From Synechococcales cyanobacterium VAR_4_metabat_354 (GTDB lineage Bacteria; Cyanobacteriota; Cyanobacteriia; Cyanobacteriales; Chamaesiphonaceae), in assembly GCA_031414775.1 (NCBI GenBank), contig JANOQI010000009.1, positions 1 through 50,856 on the forward strand: a stretch of DNA of 50,856 bases, written 5' to 3'. A model generated the notes under the pieces. The model saw nothing but the letters and a program-made list of their open reading frames with translations, did no database searches and was not told the DNA's origin. The position numbers and the translations under genes are program-made. This document shows, piece after piece, positions 1 through 9,717 of the stretch. The stretch's first letter is position 1, and each line of letters starts with the position of its first letter.

Positions 1-145
1 TACATTATCATTAACTAAGGTTGTTGATAATATTGTCATCGATGTGCAAAGAAAATGCAAGGGATTTGTTCGTTTCCTCATGCACCGCTTATCTACTGCT
101 AGCTGTGCTTTGCATCTCGCGAGCGGCACAATCGTCAACTCACTC

Positions 146-187
146 GCTATCCATCCCTACGCCGCTCCGCTGAGCGTAGGGACTTTT
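146..187 (+). repeat. GC-rich hairpin; possible relic IS200/IS605-type element end or terminator
   Basis: TCCCTACGC (154-162) pairs with GCGTAGGGA (174-182), preceded by GCTATCCA and followed by CTTTT. The layout recalls cyanobacterial IS605/IscB-type ends; no transposase is visible. Confidence 0.4.
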
Positions 188-319
188 GCTGATTCCGTTA
201 AATTCATCAAAAAGATGATCGGTAACAATAGCACAAGCTTTCACCAGATTTGCAAGTTGTTTTTCCTGACTAGATATCCTGTATTCAATGAATAGTTAAG
301 TATGTAAAAATTCACACAA

Positions 320-3040
320 CTAAATAGTTCTGAGGCTGGCAATTTTAGCTGCTAGGATTTCCGCTTGCTTTTGTGACTCAGAGAGGTTGTTACGGGCTTC
401 TTGTACCACCTCTGGTAAAGCTCGATCAACAAAGTTAGGATTTTGCAGTTTATTGGTGATGGATTCTGCTTCTTTTTCAATTTTGGCTAGCTTCTTTTGC
501 AGTTTGGCTGTAAAAGCCTCAATATCTACCACGCCATTTAGGGGCAAAATCACTTGAACGGTGGCGTAAACACTGGCGATCGAATGTTGATCGGAACTAG
601 CTAGATCGACAATTTGTAATTCATCAACCTTGGCGGCATCACAAATATAACTGCGGCCTCTTTCTAAAGACTGTCGTTCGGCAGTACTGTCACTTTGCAA
701 GATGATGGCGGCCTTTAGGCTGGGCTTAATATCAGCCTCGGCGCGCAGGTTACGGATCGATCGAATGGTGCCAGTAAATAGCTCAAACTCTTGGTCTAAA
801 CTGACATCAATCAGAGCTTGATCAGCCACTGGATAGGCTTGTAGCGAAATATCTAAATCTTGCTGAATTAGACCCTGCCACAATTCTGCCGTAATATGCG
901 GCACAAAAGGATGTAGCAGTTTTAAGACTCCATCAAGTGCATAGGCTAAGGTCTGCTGGACAGCTAACTTAGTCGCTGCTGGTGCATCTTCTTGGAGCCG
1001 AGACTTCACTAGCTCAATGTACCAATCACAGAAATCCCCCCAGAAAAACTCATATAAAACCTTGGCTGCTTCGCCAAAACCATAGGTATCAATATGCTTT
1101 TTGGTCTGCTGGATGGTCTGATGATAGCGGGAAAGGAACCATCGATCGACTAATTCCAAATCAGCAACATCAGGATTTCCCAATTGAGCAGGGGTTTGAT
1201 CGTCCAAGTTCATCATCACGAACCGGGCGGCGTTCCACAGCTTATTGGTGAAGTTTCGACTAGCCTCGATCGAATCGGACTCATCGGTTTTGCGGTTGTA
1301 CTGCAACCGGATATCTTGACCAGCTCCTAGTACTTCACGCATTAGGCCATAACGCAGGGCATCAGTACCATATTTATCAATCAATAGCAGCGGGTCGATG
1401 CCATTGCCAGCAGACTTGGACATTTTTTTGCCCTTCTCATCTAGTACTAAGCCGTGAATATACACATCTTTAAAGGGCATTTGGCCAGTAAAGTGGCCAG
1501 CCATCATTGTCATCCGAGCTACCCAAAAGAAAATGATGTCGAAGCCAGTAACTAGCGTGGTGGTCGGATAATAAGTATCAAAATCCGGTGTTTTTTCCGG
1601 CCAGCCCAGCGTTGAGAATGGCCACAGGCCAGCGGAGAACCAGGTATCTAGTACATCAGGATCTTGCTGGATTTGAACGTTTGCACCAAATTTAGCCTGC
1701 GCTTGAGTCAGAGCATCTTGTTCATTAGCAGCCACCACAAATGGCGTAGTATCGGTAATCTCGCCGCTGGTTTCGCTAATGGCATACCAGGCCGGGATTT
1801 GGTGCCCCCACCACAATTGCCGGGAAATACACCAATCCTCCAATTTCACGAGCCAATCGCGATAGACCTTGCCCCAGCGTTCCGGCACGAAGCGCGGCGA
1901 ATTGTGTTGATCATAAAATTCTAAACAGCGATCTGCTAAGGGGCGAATTTTCACAAACCACTGAGTGGAAAGCAATCGTTCGACGGGCACTTTTCCTCGA
2001 TCGCTATAGGGAACCATGTGCTTATAGTCTTCGATTTTGACCAGATTGCCAGTGGTTTCCAAAGCTGCCACCACGTTCTTTCGTGCTACAAAACGATCTT
2101 GGCCAACAAAATCGCCGCCGTTTTCGTTGATGCTGCCATCTTTGTTCAGAATATTGATAAATTCTAAATTGTGGCGCTTGCCCATCGCAAAGTCATTGAG
2201 ATCGTGTGCTGGTGTGACTTTTACACAGCCCGTGCCAAAATCCATTTCGACTAGCTCATCAGCGAAAATGGGAATTTCGCGACCAACCAAGGGCAGGGTT
2301 AAAGTTTTACCGATTAAGTGCTGATAGCGCGAATCTTGCGGGTTTACCGCCACGCCCGTATCACCCAGCATAGTTTCGGGGCGGGTAGTGGCGACTTCTA
2401 GATAGCCCGAGCCATCAGTCAGCGGATAGCGAAAATGCCAAAGGCTGCCATTAACTTCTTTATTGTCTACTTCCAGATCGGAAACTGCTGATTGGGAAGC
2501 TGGACACCAATTCACCAAATACTTACCGCGATAGATCAAGCCATCTTGATACATCTGATTAAAAGCGGTTAGAACGGCTTTCGACAATCCCTCATCCATG
2601 GTGAACCGCTCACGGCTCCAGTCTACCGAGATCCCCAAGCGACGTTGTTGGCCAATGATCGTACTACCCGATTCTGCTTTCCACTCCCAAGCTTTTTCTA
2701 GAAATTTTTCGCGACCAATGTTCGATCGATTGGTGCCTTCGGCCTTCAGCTTTTTTTCTAAAATGGTCTGCACCGCAATGCTGGCATGATCGGTACCCGG
2801 TAACCAGAGGGTATTACGACCAGTCATCCGCTGGTAACGCACCAACACGTCAATCAAAGCACTCTCAAAAGCATGTCCCATATGTAGACTACCAGTCACA
2901 TTGGGGGGCGGGATTACCACACAAAAAGGCTGACCAGCCGCTTGTGGATCGGCCTGGTAAGTATGCTGGCTTTCCCACCGACTCTGCCACTTGGCTTCAG
3001 TATCTTTGGCGGTGTATTGAGGTGGTAGATTGACGGTCAT
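320..3040 (-). CDS. valS: Valine--tRNA ligase
   Basis: [13 protein letters not shown] (HIGH), [18 protein letters not shown]-terminal coiled-coil arm; 906 aa. Confidence 0.98.
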   Translation of the reverse strand: MTVNLPPQYTAKDTEAKWQSRWESQHTYQADPQAAGQPFCVVIPPPNVTGSLHMGHAFESALIDVLVRYQRMTGRNTLWLPGTDHASIAVQTILEKKLKAEGTNRSNIGREKFLEKAWEWKAESGSTIIGQQRRLGISVDWSRERFTMDEGLSKAVLTAFNQMYQDGLIYRGKYLVNWCPASQSAVSDLEVDNKEVNGSLWHFRYPLTDGSGYLEVATTRPETMLGDTGVAVNPQDSRYQHLIGKTLTLPLVGREIPIFADELVEMDFGTGCVKVTPAHDLNDFAMGKRHNLEFINILNKDGSINENGGDFVGQDRFVARKNVVAALETTGNLVKIEDYKHMVPYSDRGKVPVERLLSTQWFVKIRPLADRCLEFYDQHNSPRFVPERWGKVYRDWLVKLEDWCISRQLWWGHQIPAWYAISETSGEITDTTPFVVAANEQDALTQAQAKFGANVQIQQDPDVLDTWFSAGLWPFSTLGWPEKTPDFDTYYPTTTLVTGFDIIFFWVARMTMMAGHFTGQMPFKDVYIHGLVLDEKGKKMSKSAGNGIDPLLLIDKYGTDALRYGLMREVLGAGQDIRLQYNRKTDESDSIEASRNFTNKLWNAARFVMMNLDDQTPAQLGNPDVADLELVDRWFLSRYHQTIQQTKKHIDTYGFGEAAKVLYEFFWGDFCDWYIELVKSRLQEDAPAATKLAVQQTLAYALDGVLKLLHPFVPHITAELWQGLIQQDLDISLQAYPVADQALIDVSLDQEFELFTGTIRSIRNLRAEADIKPSLKAAIILQSDSTAERQSLERGRSYICDAAKVDELQIVDLASSDQHSIASVYATVQVILPLNGVVDIEAFTAKLQKKLAKIEKEAESITNKLQNPNFVDRALPEVVQEARNNLSESQKQAEILAAKIASLRTI

Positions 3041-3166
3041 TGCTAGAATCGGCAGTGTTACAAAGGATATGATAGCAATCTAACGAAACCGAAAGTGCAA
3101 ATCCATTTTTCCAAACGTTGTCTGAACTAATAAGAAAATAGTTGGAGAAGATGAAGAAAAGCCGCA

Positions 3167-3349
3167 TCAGGTTGAAATTAATTTGATCCCAGCAATCGTT
3201 AGAACTATTGCCAACAGTCGTTGTAGCGATTTGCTCCCGATTCGACTACTCCCATATTCTGCACCTAACCAACCACCGACGGCAGCGGCAATTGCCCACA
3301 ACCATAGACTGGAAGGTAGAACAGGGAACTTAGTTAGATAGCCGAGTAA
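3167..3349 (-). pseudogene. C-terminal remnant of a TauE/SafE (sulfite exporter) family membrane protein
   Basis: LLGYLTKFP...WAIAAAVGGWLGAEYGS...LQRLLAIVLTIAGIKLI matches the last TM helices of the TauE family. The N-terminal three quarters is missing, and the remnant overlaps the upstream gene's stop. Confidence 0.7.
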
Positions 3350-4608
3350 GCGATCGGACACCAATAAGCCCCATCATCAGTAACTTTCCCTAGCGAAAGC
3401 CTTTTGCCCACCGCATCAGCAACCAATCGTTCGTCAGCTCCATCGTTGTACAGCCACACTCCCCACAACTCCGTCATTTCTTGGCCAGCCAATTCTACCG
3501 TTGGAAACTCCAGTAACTCCTGATAGACATACTGCTGATCTGTGTAATAAGGGTCTTGGGACATCCCGGCAAAAGCCTGCACCCCATCAACGATCGCATA
3601 GGCTCCTTCTCCTTGTCTGCCCCACATCGGCTTGGCAAAATAACTACTGCCGATCGCTTCTGGTTCTAAGGCTGTTTTAGGGAAGTAGTCGATAATGGCA
3701 GCGGCGGCCTCAGCACTAAATAATTCCGTCCCCAGATCTTGAATGAGCGCAAAGATCCCTTTCGATTGCAAAGCAAAGGCCGAGCCAAAATTAACAACAG
3801 CTATCTTTTGCTGGAGGATCAATTCCTCTAGTTCTGGCCACAACTCCTCTCCGTCGGCATCTGTATCTAGAATCAACCATTCGATCGGATACCACAGTAT
3901 CAAAATATCAATGGCTTGGTCATCGTCAGCATCGTATACACAGTAGCCATTTCTCAACCGCATATTCTCTAGCGGGAAAGTATGAATCGGAATATCCGCA
4001 TACTGACTGAGCCAACGCATGGTGTTTAAGTCTTCCGGATTATTAAGAGCGGTGCAAGCAATCCGACATTGACTGAGGGGCTTATTAATTTGAGCCGCCG
4101 CGCGGCGTAATTGATCTTGGAAACTGAATTGCAGCATTCTGGTGGGTTCACTATCGATGGGCTGCATTCTAAAATGCTTGGCCACCAAGTTATTTCCCAT
4201 CGTCGCTTCATACCAAAAGCTGGGGGTCTGGGAATTGACTTCAATGACTCGATATATTCCTTTCTCCTCGTTCCAGCACCAATCTAATCGCATACACCAA
4301 GGCGGCACTGCGTCAAACTTCACGAGATCGATCGTCTCCGGTGGCAGACCATAATATTCCAAATCTTCCGCGTCTAATTCTTTCATCAGCTGCCAAGTTT
4401 CCATCAATACCTGGCCAACGGCGGCGGAAGCTTGGCGCAGGTTGGCAATAGTTTGGGGTGCTACTGGTTGGCAGTGATAGAGGGCATAGGGTACTGGTAC
4501 GCCATTTGGATCATCGCTGCGTGCCAAGTTATACCAAGGGAAGTCGATCGACTGAAAAAAGCGATCGCGTTCGGGGGAATTAAACATATCGGCTCTGGCT
4601 GTGGTCAT
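3334..4608 (-). CDS. Glutathionylspermidine synthase-like ATP-grasp protein (YgiC/YjfC-like, no amidase domain)
   Basis: RLD, IEVNSQTPS..E, YPIEW, QSKG, AKPMWGRQG, YVYQEL motifs. Confidence 0.85.
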   Translation of the reverse strand: MTTARADMFNSPERDRFFQSIDFPWYNLARSDDPNGVPVPYALYHCQPVAPQTIANLRQASAAVGQVLMETWQLMKELDAEDLEYYGLPPETIDLVKFDAVPPWCMRLDWCWNEEKGIYRVIEVNSQTPSFWYEATMGNNLVAKHFRMQPIDSEPTRMLQFSFQDQLRRAAAQINKPLSQCRIACTALNNPEDLNTMRWLSQYADIPIHTFPLENMRLRNGYCVYDADDDQAIDILILWYPIEWLILDTDADGEELWPELEELILQQKIAVVNFGSAFALQSKGIFALIQDLGTELFSAEAAAAIIDYFPKTALEPEAIGSSYFAKPMWGRQGEGAYAIVDGVQAFAGMSQDPYYTDQQYVYQELLEFPTVELAGQEMTELWGVWLYNDGADERLVADAVGKRLSLGKVTDDGAYWCPIAYSAI

Positions 4609-4862
4609 TAACCAAACCCCGATCGACCACCACCAGTTTTCCCAAAACCAGCCCGGCTGCCAGAGTTGCCTGGATAGCTGCGCATAAAGCTACTGGTATT
4701 CGATCGATAGTAAATGCCACCACTGTTGCTACTAGAATTGCAAAATTCTTCTTGCGGAGTACCGGGGTCATCACAATTGACCGATGGACCACAGGCGGTG
4801 GCCAACAGTGAAATCACTACCCAGATGATCGCCATTTGAAAGGCACTTGGTTTCAGTTGCAT
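4608..4862 (-). CDS. Small lipoprotein with Gly-rich GFG tail (YgiB-like partner)
   Basis: Lipobox LATA-C; tail SRAGFGKTGGGRSGFG; its stop overlaps the ATP-grasp start (TAATG). Confidence 0.75.
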   Translation of the reverse strand: MQLKPSAFQMAIIWVVISLLATACGPSVNCDDPGTPQEEFCNSSSNSGGIYYRSNTSSFMRSYPGNSGSRAGFGKTGGGRSGFG

Positions 4863-4986
4863 GAAAATTTACGGAAACATCTTTAGTAGTATTATTCACA
4901 ACTTAGCTGGCACATCTTTACAAATTGCTAGCAAAATTAATTGTAAAAGCTAGCGAAAATAATATGGGTTGCACTCTCAATTTAAT

Positions 4987-5005
4987 TATGAGAGGATTAT
5001 GATAG
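4987..5005 (+). promoter_or_regulatory. ManR-type direct-repeat operator
   Basis: TATGAGAG-GAT-TATGATAG, 19 bp before the mntH start; resembles the (T/A)ATGA(G/A)A(A/G)-N3 repeat bound by cyanobacterial ManR. Confidence 0.7.
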
Positions 5006-5024
5006 AAGAAATCATGAATTATTT

Positions 5025-6335
5025 ATGTCTGTACCAGAACCTCTATCACCTAGCTTGCCCGAAGTACATCGCAGTATTGCTATTCCCCAAGGGAAAAGTT
5101 TCTGGCGTAAACTGTTGGCTTACTCTGGCCCTGGCTATTTAGTATCCGTCGGTTACATGGACCCAGGGAATTGGGCAACGGATTTAGCCGGAGGCGCTCA
5201 GTTTGGCTACGCCTTGCTGAGTGTGGTTTTGTTATCTAATTTGATGGCCGTAGTTCTCCAGTCCCTCTGCGTCCGGTTAGGAGTAGCTACTGGGCGAGAC
5301 TTGGCGCAGTCCTGCCGCGATTATTTTAGTCCTCGGGTTAGTTTTGGGCTGTGGATTCTTTGCGAAATTGCGATTGCAGCCTGCGACTTGGCCGAACTGT
5401 TAGGCAGTGCGATCGCCCTCCAACTTTTATTTGGAATTCCGCTGGCGATCGGGGTTTGTATTACAGCCTTTGATGTCTTGATCATCTTGTTTTTGCAAAG
5501 TAAGGGCTTTCGCTATATCGAAGCTTTAGTAATTACCCTGATTGTGGTGGTGGGCGGTTGTCTCTTAGCTGAACTAGCTTTTTCCCATCCTGATCTCAAT
5601 GCGGTGGCAGCTGGCTTTGTTCCCCATGCCGAGGTTCTACAGAATCCTAAGATGTTGTACATTGCGATCGGTATTTTGGGTGCTACGGTGATGCCCCACA
5701 ATCTCTATTTACATTCGGCCATCATTCAAACACGGCGCTGGCAAGAAACGCCCCCACAAAAGTGGGAGGCAATTAAGTTTGGGACGATCGATTCCACCAT
5801 TGCCTTATCATTTGCCTTGTTTATTAATGCAGCCATTCTGATACTAGCGGCATCAGCGTTTCACTTTTCTGGACATCAAGGAGTCGGCGAAATTCAAGAT
5901 GCTTATAAGTTGCTGTCACCAGTTTTAGGTGTACCTTTTGCTAGTCTATTATTTGGGATCGCGCTATTGGCTTCTGGCCAAAACTCCACCCTGACCGGCA
6001 CAATGGCTGGCCAAATAGTAATGGAAGGATTTCTAAACATCCGCTTAAAACCTTGGCTCCGTCGATTGCTTACTAGATTGATCGCTATCATCCCGGCATT
6101 ACTAACGATCATATTCTGGGGAGAAGGTAGTACTACTGATTTGCTAATCATGAGTCAGGTGGTACTTAGTTTGCAGCTATCATTTGCCGTAATTCCTTTG
6201 GTGAAGTTCACTAGCGATCGCCGCTTGATGAAAGAGTTCGTCAATCCCTGGTGGCTAAATTATTTAGCTTGGTCGATCGCGATAGTGATAGCGGTGTTGA
6301 ATATTTGGCTGCTATTCCGAACCTTTTTTGGTTAG
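5025..6335 (+). CDS. mntH: Nramp family Mn2+/H+ symporter
   Basis: GYMDPGN and MPHNLYLHS signatures, many TM helices. Confidence 0.95.
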   Translation: MSVPEPLSPSLPEVHRSIAIPQGKSFWRKLLAYSGPGYLVSVGYMDPGNWATDLAGGAQFGYALLSVVLLSNLMAVVLQSLCVRLGVATGRDLAQSCRDYFSPRVSFGLWILCEIAIAACDLAELLGSAIALQLLFGIPLAIGVCITAFDVLIILFLQSKGFRYIEALVITLIVVVGGCLLAELAFSHPDLNAVAAGFVPHAEVLQNPKMLYIAIGILGATVMPHNLYLHSAIIQTRRWQETPPQKWEAIKFGTIDSTIALSFALFINAAILILAASAFHFSGHQGVGEIQDAYKLLSPVLGVPFASLLFGIALLASGQNSTLTGTMAGQIVMEGFLNIRLKPWLRRLLTRLIAIIPALLTIIFWGEGSTTDLLIMSQVVLSLQLSFAVIPLVKFTSDRRLMKEFVNPWWLNYLAWSIAIVIAVLNIWLLFRTFFG

Positions 6336-6578
6336 ATTTATTTCCACTTTGCAAACTTGACGGGTGGCCTTTATTTTCCCCCAACTACTGGGTGCAAATG
6401 TGTGTTTCATTCAACAGTAAAGTTATCTAAGATGAAGCTCGCGGTAATCGATTAAGACTAATCTCAATTTCTTATGATGTCTCTAGTTTTTGCCTGACCG
6501 TATTATGAGAATTGTTGTGCCAGATATTTTTACTCACAAATCAATTATTATTGATTTTTTAATCACTTTTCAATAATT

Positions 6579-7556
6579 ATGAATTCATTGTTGCGGATGA
6601 CTTGGCAAAAAACTGTGATCATCATCGGTTTGGGTGTGCTCACCGCCTGCACCCAGGCCACTCCAGAAAAGAAGCCTAGTCCGAAGCCCAGCAGTGATAA
6701 GCCCCAGGTAGTAGCTACCACTAGCATTATTTGTGATTTGACCAAAACGATCGCGGCCAGTTCGATCGATCTCAAGTGCCTGATCCCCGCAGATAAAGAT
6801 CCCCATCTCTACCAGCCAACGGCAGACGATCAACAGGCCATCGACAATGCCCAAATTATTTTTTACAGCGGTCATGGTTTAGAAGAAAACCTGCTCAAAG
6901 CCATTCAATCTAGTTCAGCTAAGAAAATAGCTGTAGCCGAAGAAGCAGTAACCAACCCTCTCAAGAAAGAAAAAATAGTCAATCCTCATGTTTGGCACAA
7001 TGCTCTTTACGGCATTAAAATGGCCGAAATAATTAAGACTAATTTAGAAAAAGCTGCTCCTAAAAACGCAGCTACGTATAATAAAAACTTCCAAGCTTTT
7101 GATAAAAACCTCACCAGTCTGCACGACTGGCTAAAAACTCAGATTTCGACAATCAGTGGCAAATCTCGGCAATTAGTGACCAGCCACAATGCTTTGGCTT
7201 ACTATGCAGTACCATATAACATCCCGGTTGAAGGTTCTGTGCACGGTAGTAGCACTGCTACTAAATCCACTCCCGAGCGGATCAAAAAAGTAGTCGATCG
7301 AATGAAGCAAACTAAAGTCACCACGGTATTTACAGAAACCCTGGTAGATTCTAAGGCAATTGAGGAAGTTGCTAAAACTGCCAAAGTGAAAGTTGCCAAG
7401 GGTCAAATATATACTGATAGCCTTGGTGCTCCAGGTAGTAATGCGGAAACCTATGCCCAGATGATGGAATACAACACCAAAATTATTGTGGAGGGCTTAG
7501 GCGGCAAATTCACCGCCTTTAAACCAGTCAAGGGCAAAGATAAAATCAAAAACTAA
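6579..7556 (+). CDS. TroA-like Zn/Mn ABC substrate-binding lipoprotein (no adjacent permease)
   Basis: Lipobox LTAC; VVATTS, DPH.Y.P, PHVWH, SHNA, YTDSLG give H/H/H/D ligands. Confidence 0.88.
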   Translation: MNSLLRMTWQKTVIIIGLGVLTACTQATPEKKPSPKPSSDKPQVVATTSIICDLTKTIAASSIDLKCLIPADKDPHLYQPTADDQQAIDNAQIIFYSGHGLEENLLKAIQSSSAKKIAVAEEAVTNPLKKEKIVNPHVWHNALYGIKMAEIIKTNLEKAAPKNAATYNKNFQAFDKNLTSLHDWLKTQISTISGKSRQLVTSHNALAYYAVPYNIPVEGSVHGSSTATKSTPERIKKVVDRMKQTKVTTVFTETLVDSKAIEEVAKTAKVKVAKGQIYTDSLGAPGSNAETYAQMMEYNTKIIVEGLGGKFTAFKPVKGKDKIKN

Positions 7557-7706
7557 ATTTTTATCGACCAATTTTAAAGACTCATTGGTACTGACTTTAG
7601 CGGATCTCATCGGCTAGTATTAATGCCTAAACTGTCGATTATTGCAGAATGTATCGATTCTACTAGCAACCCTCCTGATCGATTAAAAAGGGGTAATATA
7701 AAGAAA

Positions 7707-7958
7707 ATGTTAAATTTTCAAGTGAGAGATTTGATTCAGAACATCATTATCGATCCATCTGTGTTGCGTCTACTCTGGAAAGTGGTTTCGGAAGTTAACT
7801 ACCAAGAACTGCTATCTTTGCCTGACCGAGAGCTGTCTCAAGTTCTGATGCAGAAAGTCAGTAACCAAGTAGCCCTCGATCCGGAAGAAGCTCAGAAACT
7901 GGATGCTTACGTAAGTTCTAAGCTTTTGCTAATTAGAGATATCGCTGATGCTACCTAG
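7707..7958 (+). CDS. Small hypothetical protein
   Basis: ATG at 7707 preferred over 7623; helical, ends KLLLIRDIA; 27 bp upstream of the acyltransferase. Confidence 0.6.
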   Translation: MLNFQVRDLIQNIIIDPSVLRLLWKVVSEVNYQELLSLPDRELSQVLMQKVSNQVALDPEEAQKLDAYVSSKLLLIRDIADAT

Positions 7959-7985
7959 GCAGCGCTTAAATACACCCTAAACTTT

Positions 7986-8708
7986 ATGAACTTTTTAGAA
8001 GCTATTTTGCCTGACTACGCTATGGCTCAAGACTTCTGGCGGTTCTTAGGTCTGAATGCTCAGGTGCAAAACCCAGAAAGAATTCCTGCTCATGGCTCAC
8101 TGCTGATTGTGAGTAATCACCGCAGTTTCCTAGATCCGCTCCTGCTCACTAGCTTTTTGGGTACGCCCATCAACTTTGTCTGTCATCGCTATATGGGAAA
8201 TATTCCCATTCTCAAAGAATTGTTGCAAACTTGTGGTGCTTTTCCGCTAACTAATCAAGACTGGCCTCAGCAGATGTTACAGAATGCTAGAGATTTACTC
8301 CATCAGGGTAAGACCGTTGGGATTTTTCCGGAAGGCGCTGCCCCTATGCTCAATGCCAATGTCCCTCAGCATCTTAGCCCTTTTTATCGGGGATTTGCCC
8401 ATTTAGCACTGCAAGCAGCCGTTCCCCATCTACATATTCTGCCAGTGGGTATTGCTGCTGGGACAGAGATGCGCTGGCCAGCTGTTCCCCTTAGTTTGCT
8501 CCATCAAATTGATCCTTTAGAACCATTGTTTCAGCAAGATGGTTGGCACCCGGCAGTTTTTTACCAAGATGTGTCCATTCGAGTCGGTCAGCCCTTTGCG
8601 ATCGATTCCTATCAAGATCGCTATCATGGCAAGCAAGCTGGTGCTGTCGTGCGGGAATTAACCCAACTCATGGCTGCTGAAGTTACTTATCTTTTAAGTC
8701 AGCCTTAA
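7986..8708 (+). CDS. Lysophospholipid acyltransferase (PlsC-like) family protein
   Basis: NHRSFLD (HX4D), IFPEG, RGFAHLA. Confidence 0.85.
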   Translation: MNFLEAILPDYAMAQDFWRFLGLNAQVQNPERIPAHGSLLIVSNHRSFLDPLLLTSFLGTPINFVCHRYMGNIPILKELLQTCGAFPLTNQDWPQQMLQNARDLLHQGKTVGIFPEGAAPMLNANVPQHLSPFYRGFAHLALQAAVPHLHILPVGIAAGTEMRWPAVPLSLLHQIDPLEPLFQQDGWHPAVFYQDVSIRVGQPFAIDSYQDRYHGKQAGAVVRELTQLMAAEVTYLLSQP

Positions 8709-8712
8709 ACTC

Positions 8713-9456
8713 ATGGCTCTCCGGTTTCTCACTCCTCGACTACTTCGGGATCATTTACCGCTGTTGATCTACTTTCCGGGTATGGATGGCACTGGTCAAC
8801 TGTTTGTTAGGCAACAGGAGCAACTGGCTCAGCGCTTTGATGTGCGCTGTTTAGCGATTCCGGGTAATGATTTGTCGGAGTGGGATGAATTAGTCGATCG
8901 AACGCTACATCTAATTGATCAAGAATTATCAACTGACCCGGATCGAGAAATTCATTTGTGTGGCGAATCTTTTGGAGCTTGTTTGGCCATGCTGATCGCA
9001 GCCCGGTTGCCACGTGTTCAACAACTAACCCTAATCAATCCTGCTTCTTCTTTTGCGCGGCTACCGTGGCTCGTGGCTAGTAGTTTGTTTGCCAACTTTT
9101 TACCAGAGCCGCTATATCAGGTGTCGGCTCGGCTGTTGGCTAGCTTTTTAATTGAAGTTGATCTGGTGGCAGCTGCTGACCAAAAGAATTTAATTGCTGC
9201 GATGCTCTCGATCGCTTCCCCCACTGCGGCTTGGCGATTGGGCTTGTTACGCCAATTCAACGTCCATATGGTGGTTCCCCACTTGGTGGGAATTCCAACT
9301 TTATTAATTGCCGGTGAACGAGATCGACTGCTGCCATCAAAACTAGAAGTGCAGATTCTTCAGCGGCAACTACCCCAATCTAAAACAATTTTCTTACCTA
9401 GTAGTGGCCATGCTTGCTTGCTAGAAGTAGAAACTAATTTAGCCCAAATTATCTAA
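8713..9456 (+). CDS. Alpha/beta hydrolase resembling the N-terminal domain of plant PES/ELT enzymes
   Basis: PGMDGTG, FDVRCL.IP, GESFG nucleophile elbow, D.LLPS, SGHACL. Confidence 0.85.
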   Translation: MALRFLTPRLLRDHLPLLIYFPGMDGTGQLFVRQQEQLAQRFDVRCLAIPGNDLSEWDELVDRTLHLIDQELSTDPDREIHLCGESFGACLAMLIAARLPRVQQLTLINPASSFARLPWLVASSLFANFLPEPLYQVSARLLASFLIEVDLVAAADQKNLIAAMLSIASPTAAWRLGLLRQFNVHMVVPHLVGIPTLLIAGERDRLLPSKLEVQILQRQLPQSKTIFLPSSGHACLLEVETNLAQII

Positions 9457-9602
9457 TTCAATCTACTTTCCAGCCTGTAATACTAGCAAATAATTTATAT
9501 TATTTACATATGGTGTGATTTTGTTGGAGAAAAAGTGATTATCAATACGTTAAAATTTTCGCTAATTGCTTCAGGTGATCAAGGTCACTGGCACTTGTAA
9601 GC

Positions 9603-9717
9603 TATGATAGTGTAGACGTAAGAATTATTTTCGGCTGTGAAATTCAAGTTGTTCATCGACAAATGTTTCTCCGGATCTAAGCTACTCTTTTATACTGTTT
9701 GATTTTGGAGAACACCC
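9603..9717 (+). promoter_or_regulatory. rbp promoter and 5' UTR with anti-SD pairing box
   Basis: TATGAT (9603-9608); TTCGGCTG (9630-9637); TTCTCCG (9667-9673) can pair with the RBS TGGAGAA (9706-9712). Confidence 0.55.

Noticed and set aside
44..295. 83-aa ORF
   Set aside because: No recognisable motif; runs through the hairpin; probably non-coding
982..2789. Plus-strand ORFs inside valS
   Set aside because: Antisense shadows of a conserved gene; the same applies to short ORFs inside mntH, gcvP, GH116, atp, efe, TPR and hsdM
6455..6575. Possible Zur box before the metal-binding lipoprotein
   Set aside because: Only weak AT-rich partial palindromes; no convincing 7-1-7 match
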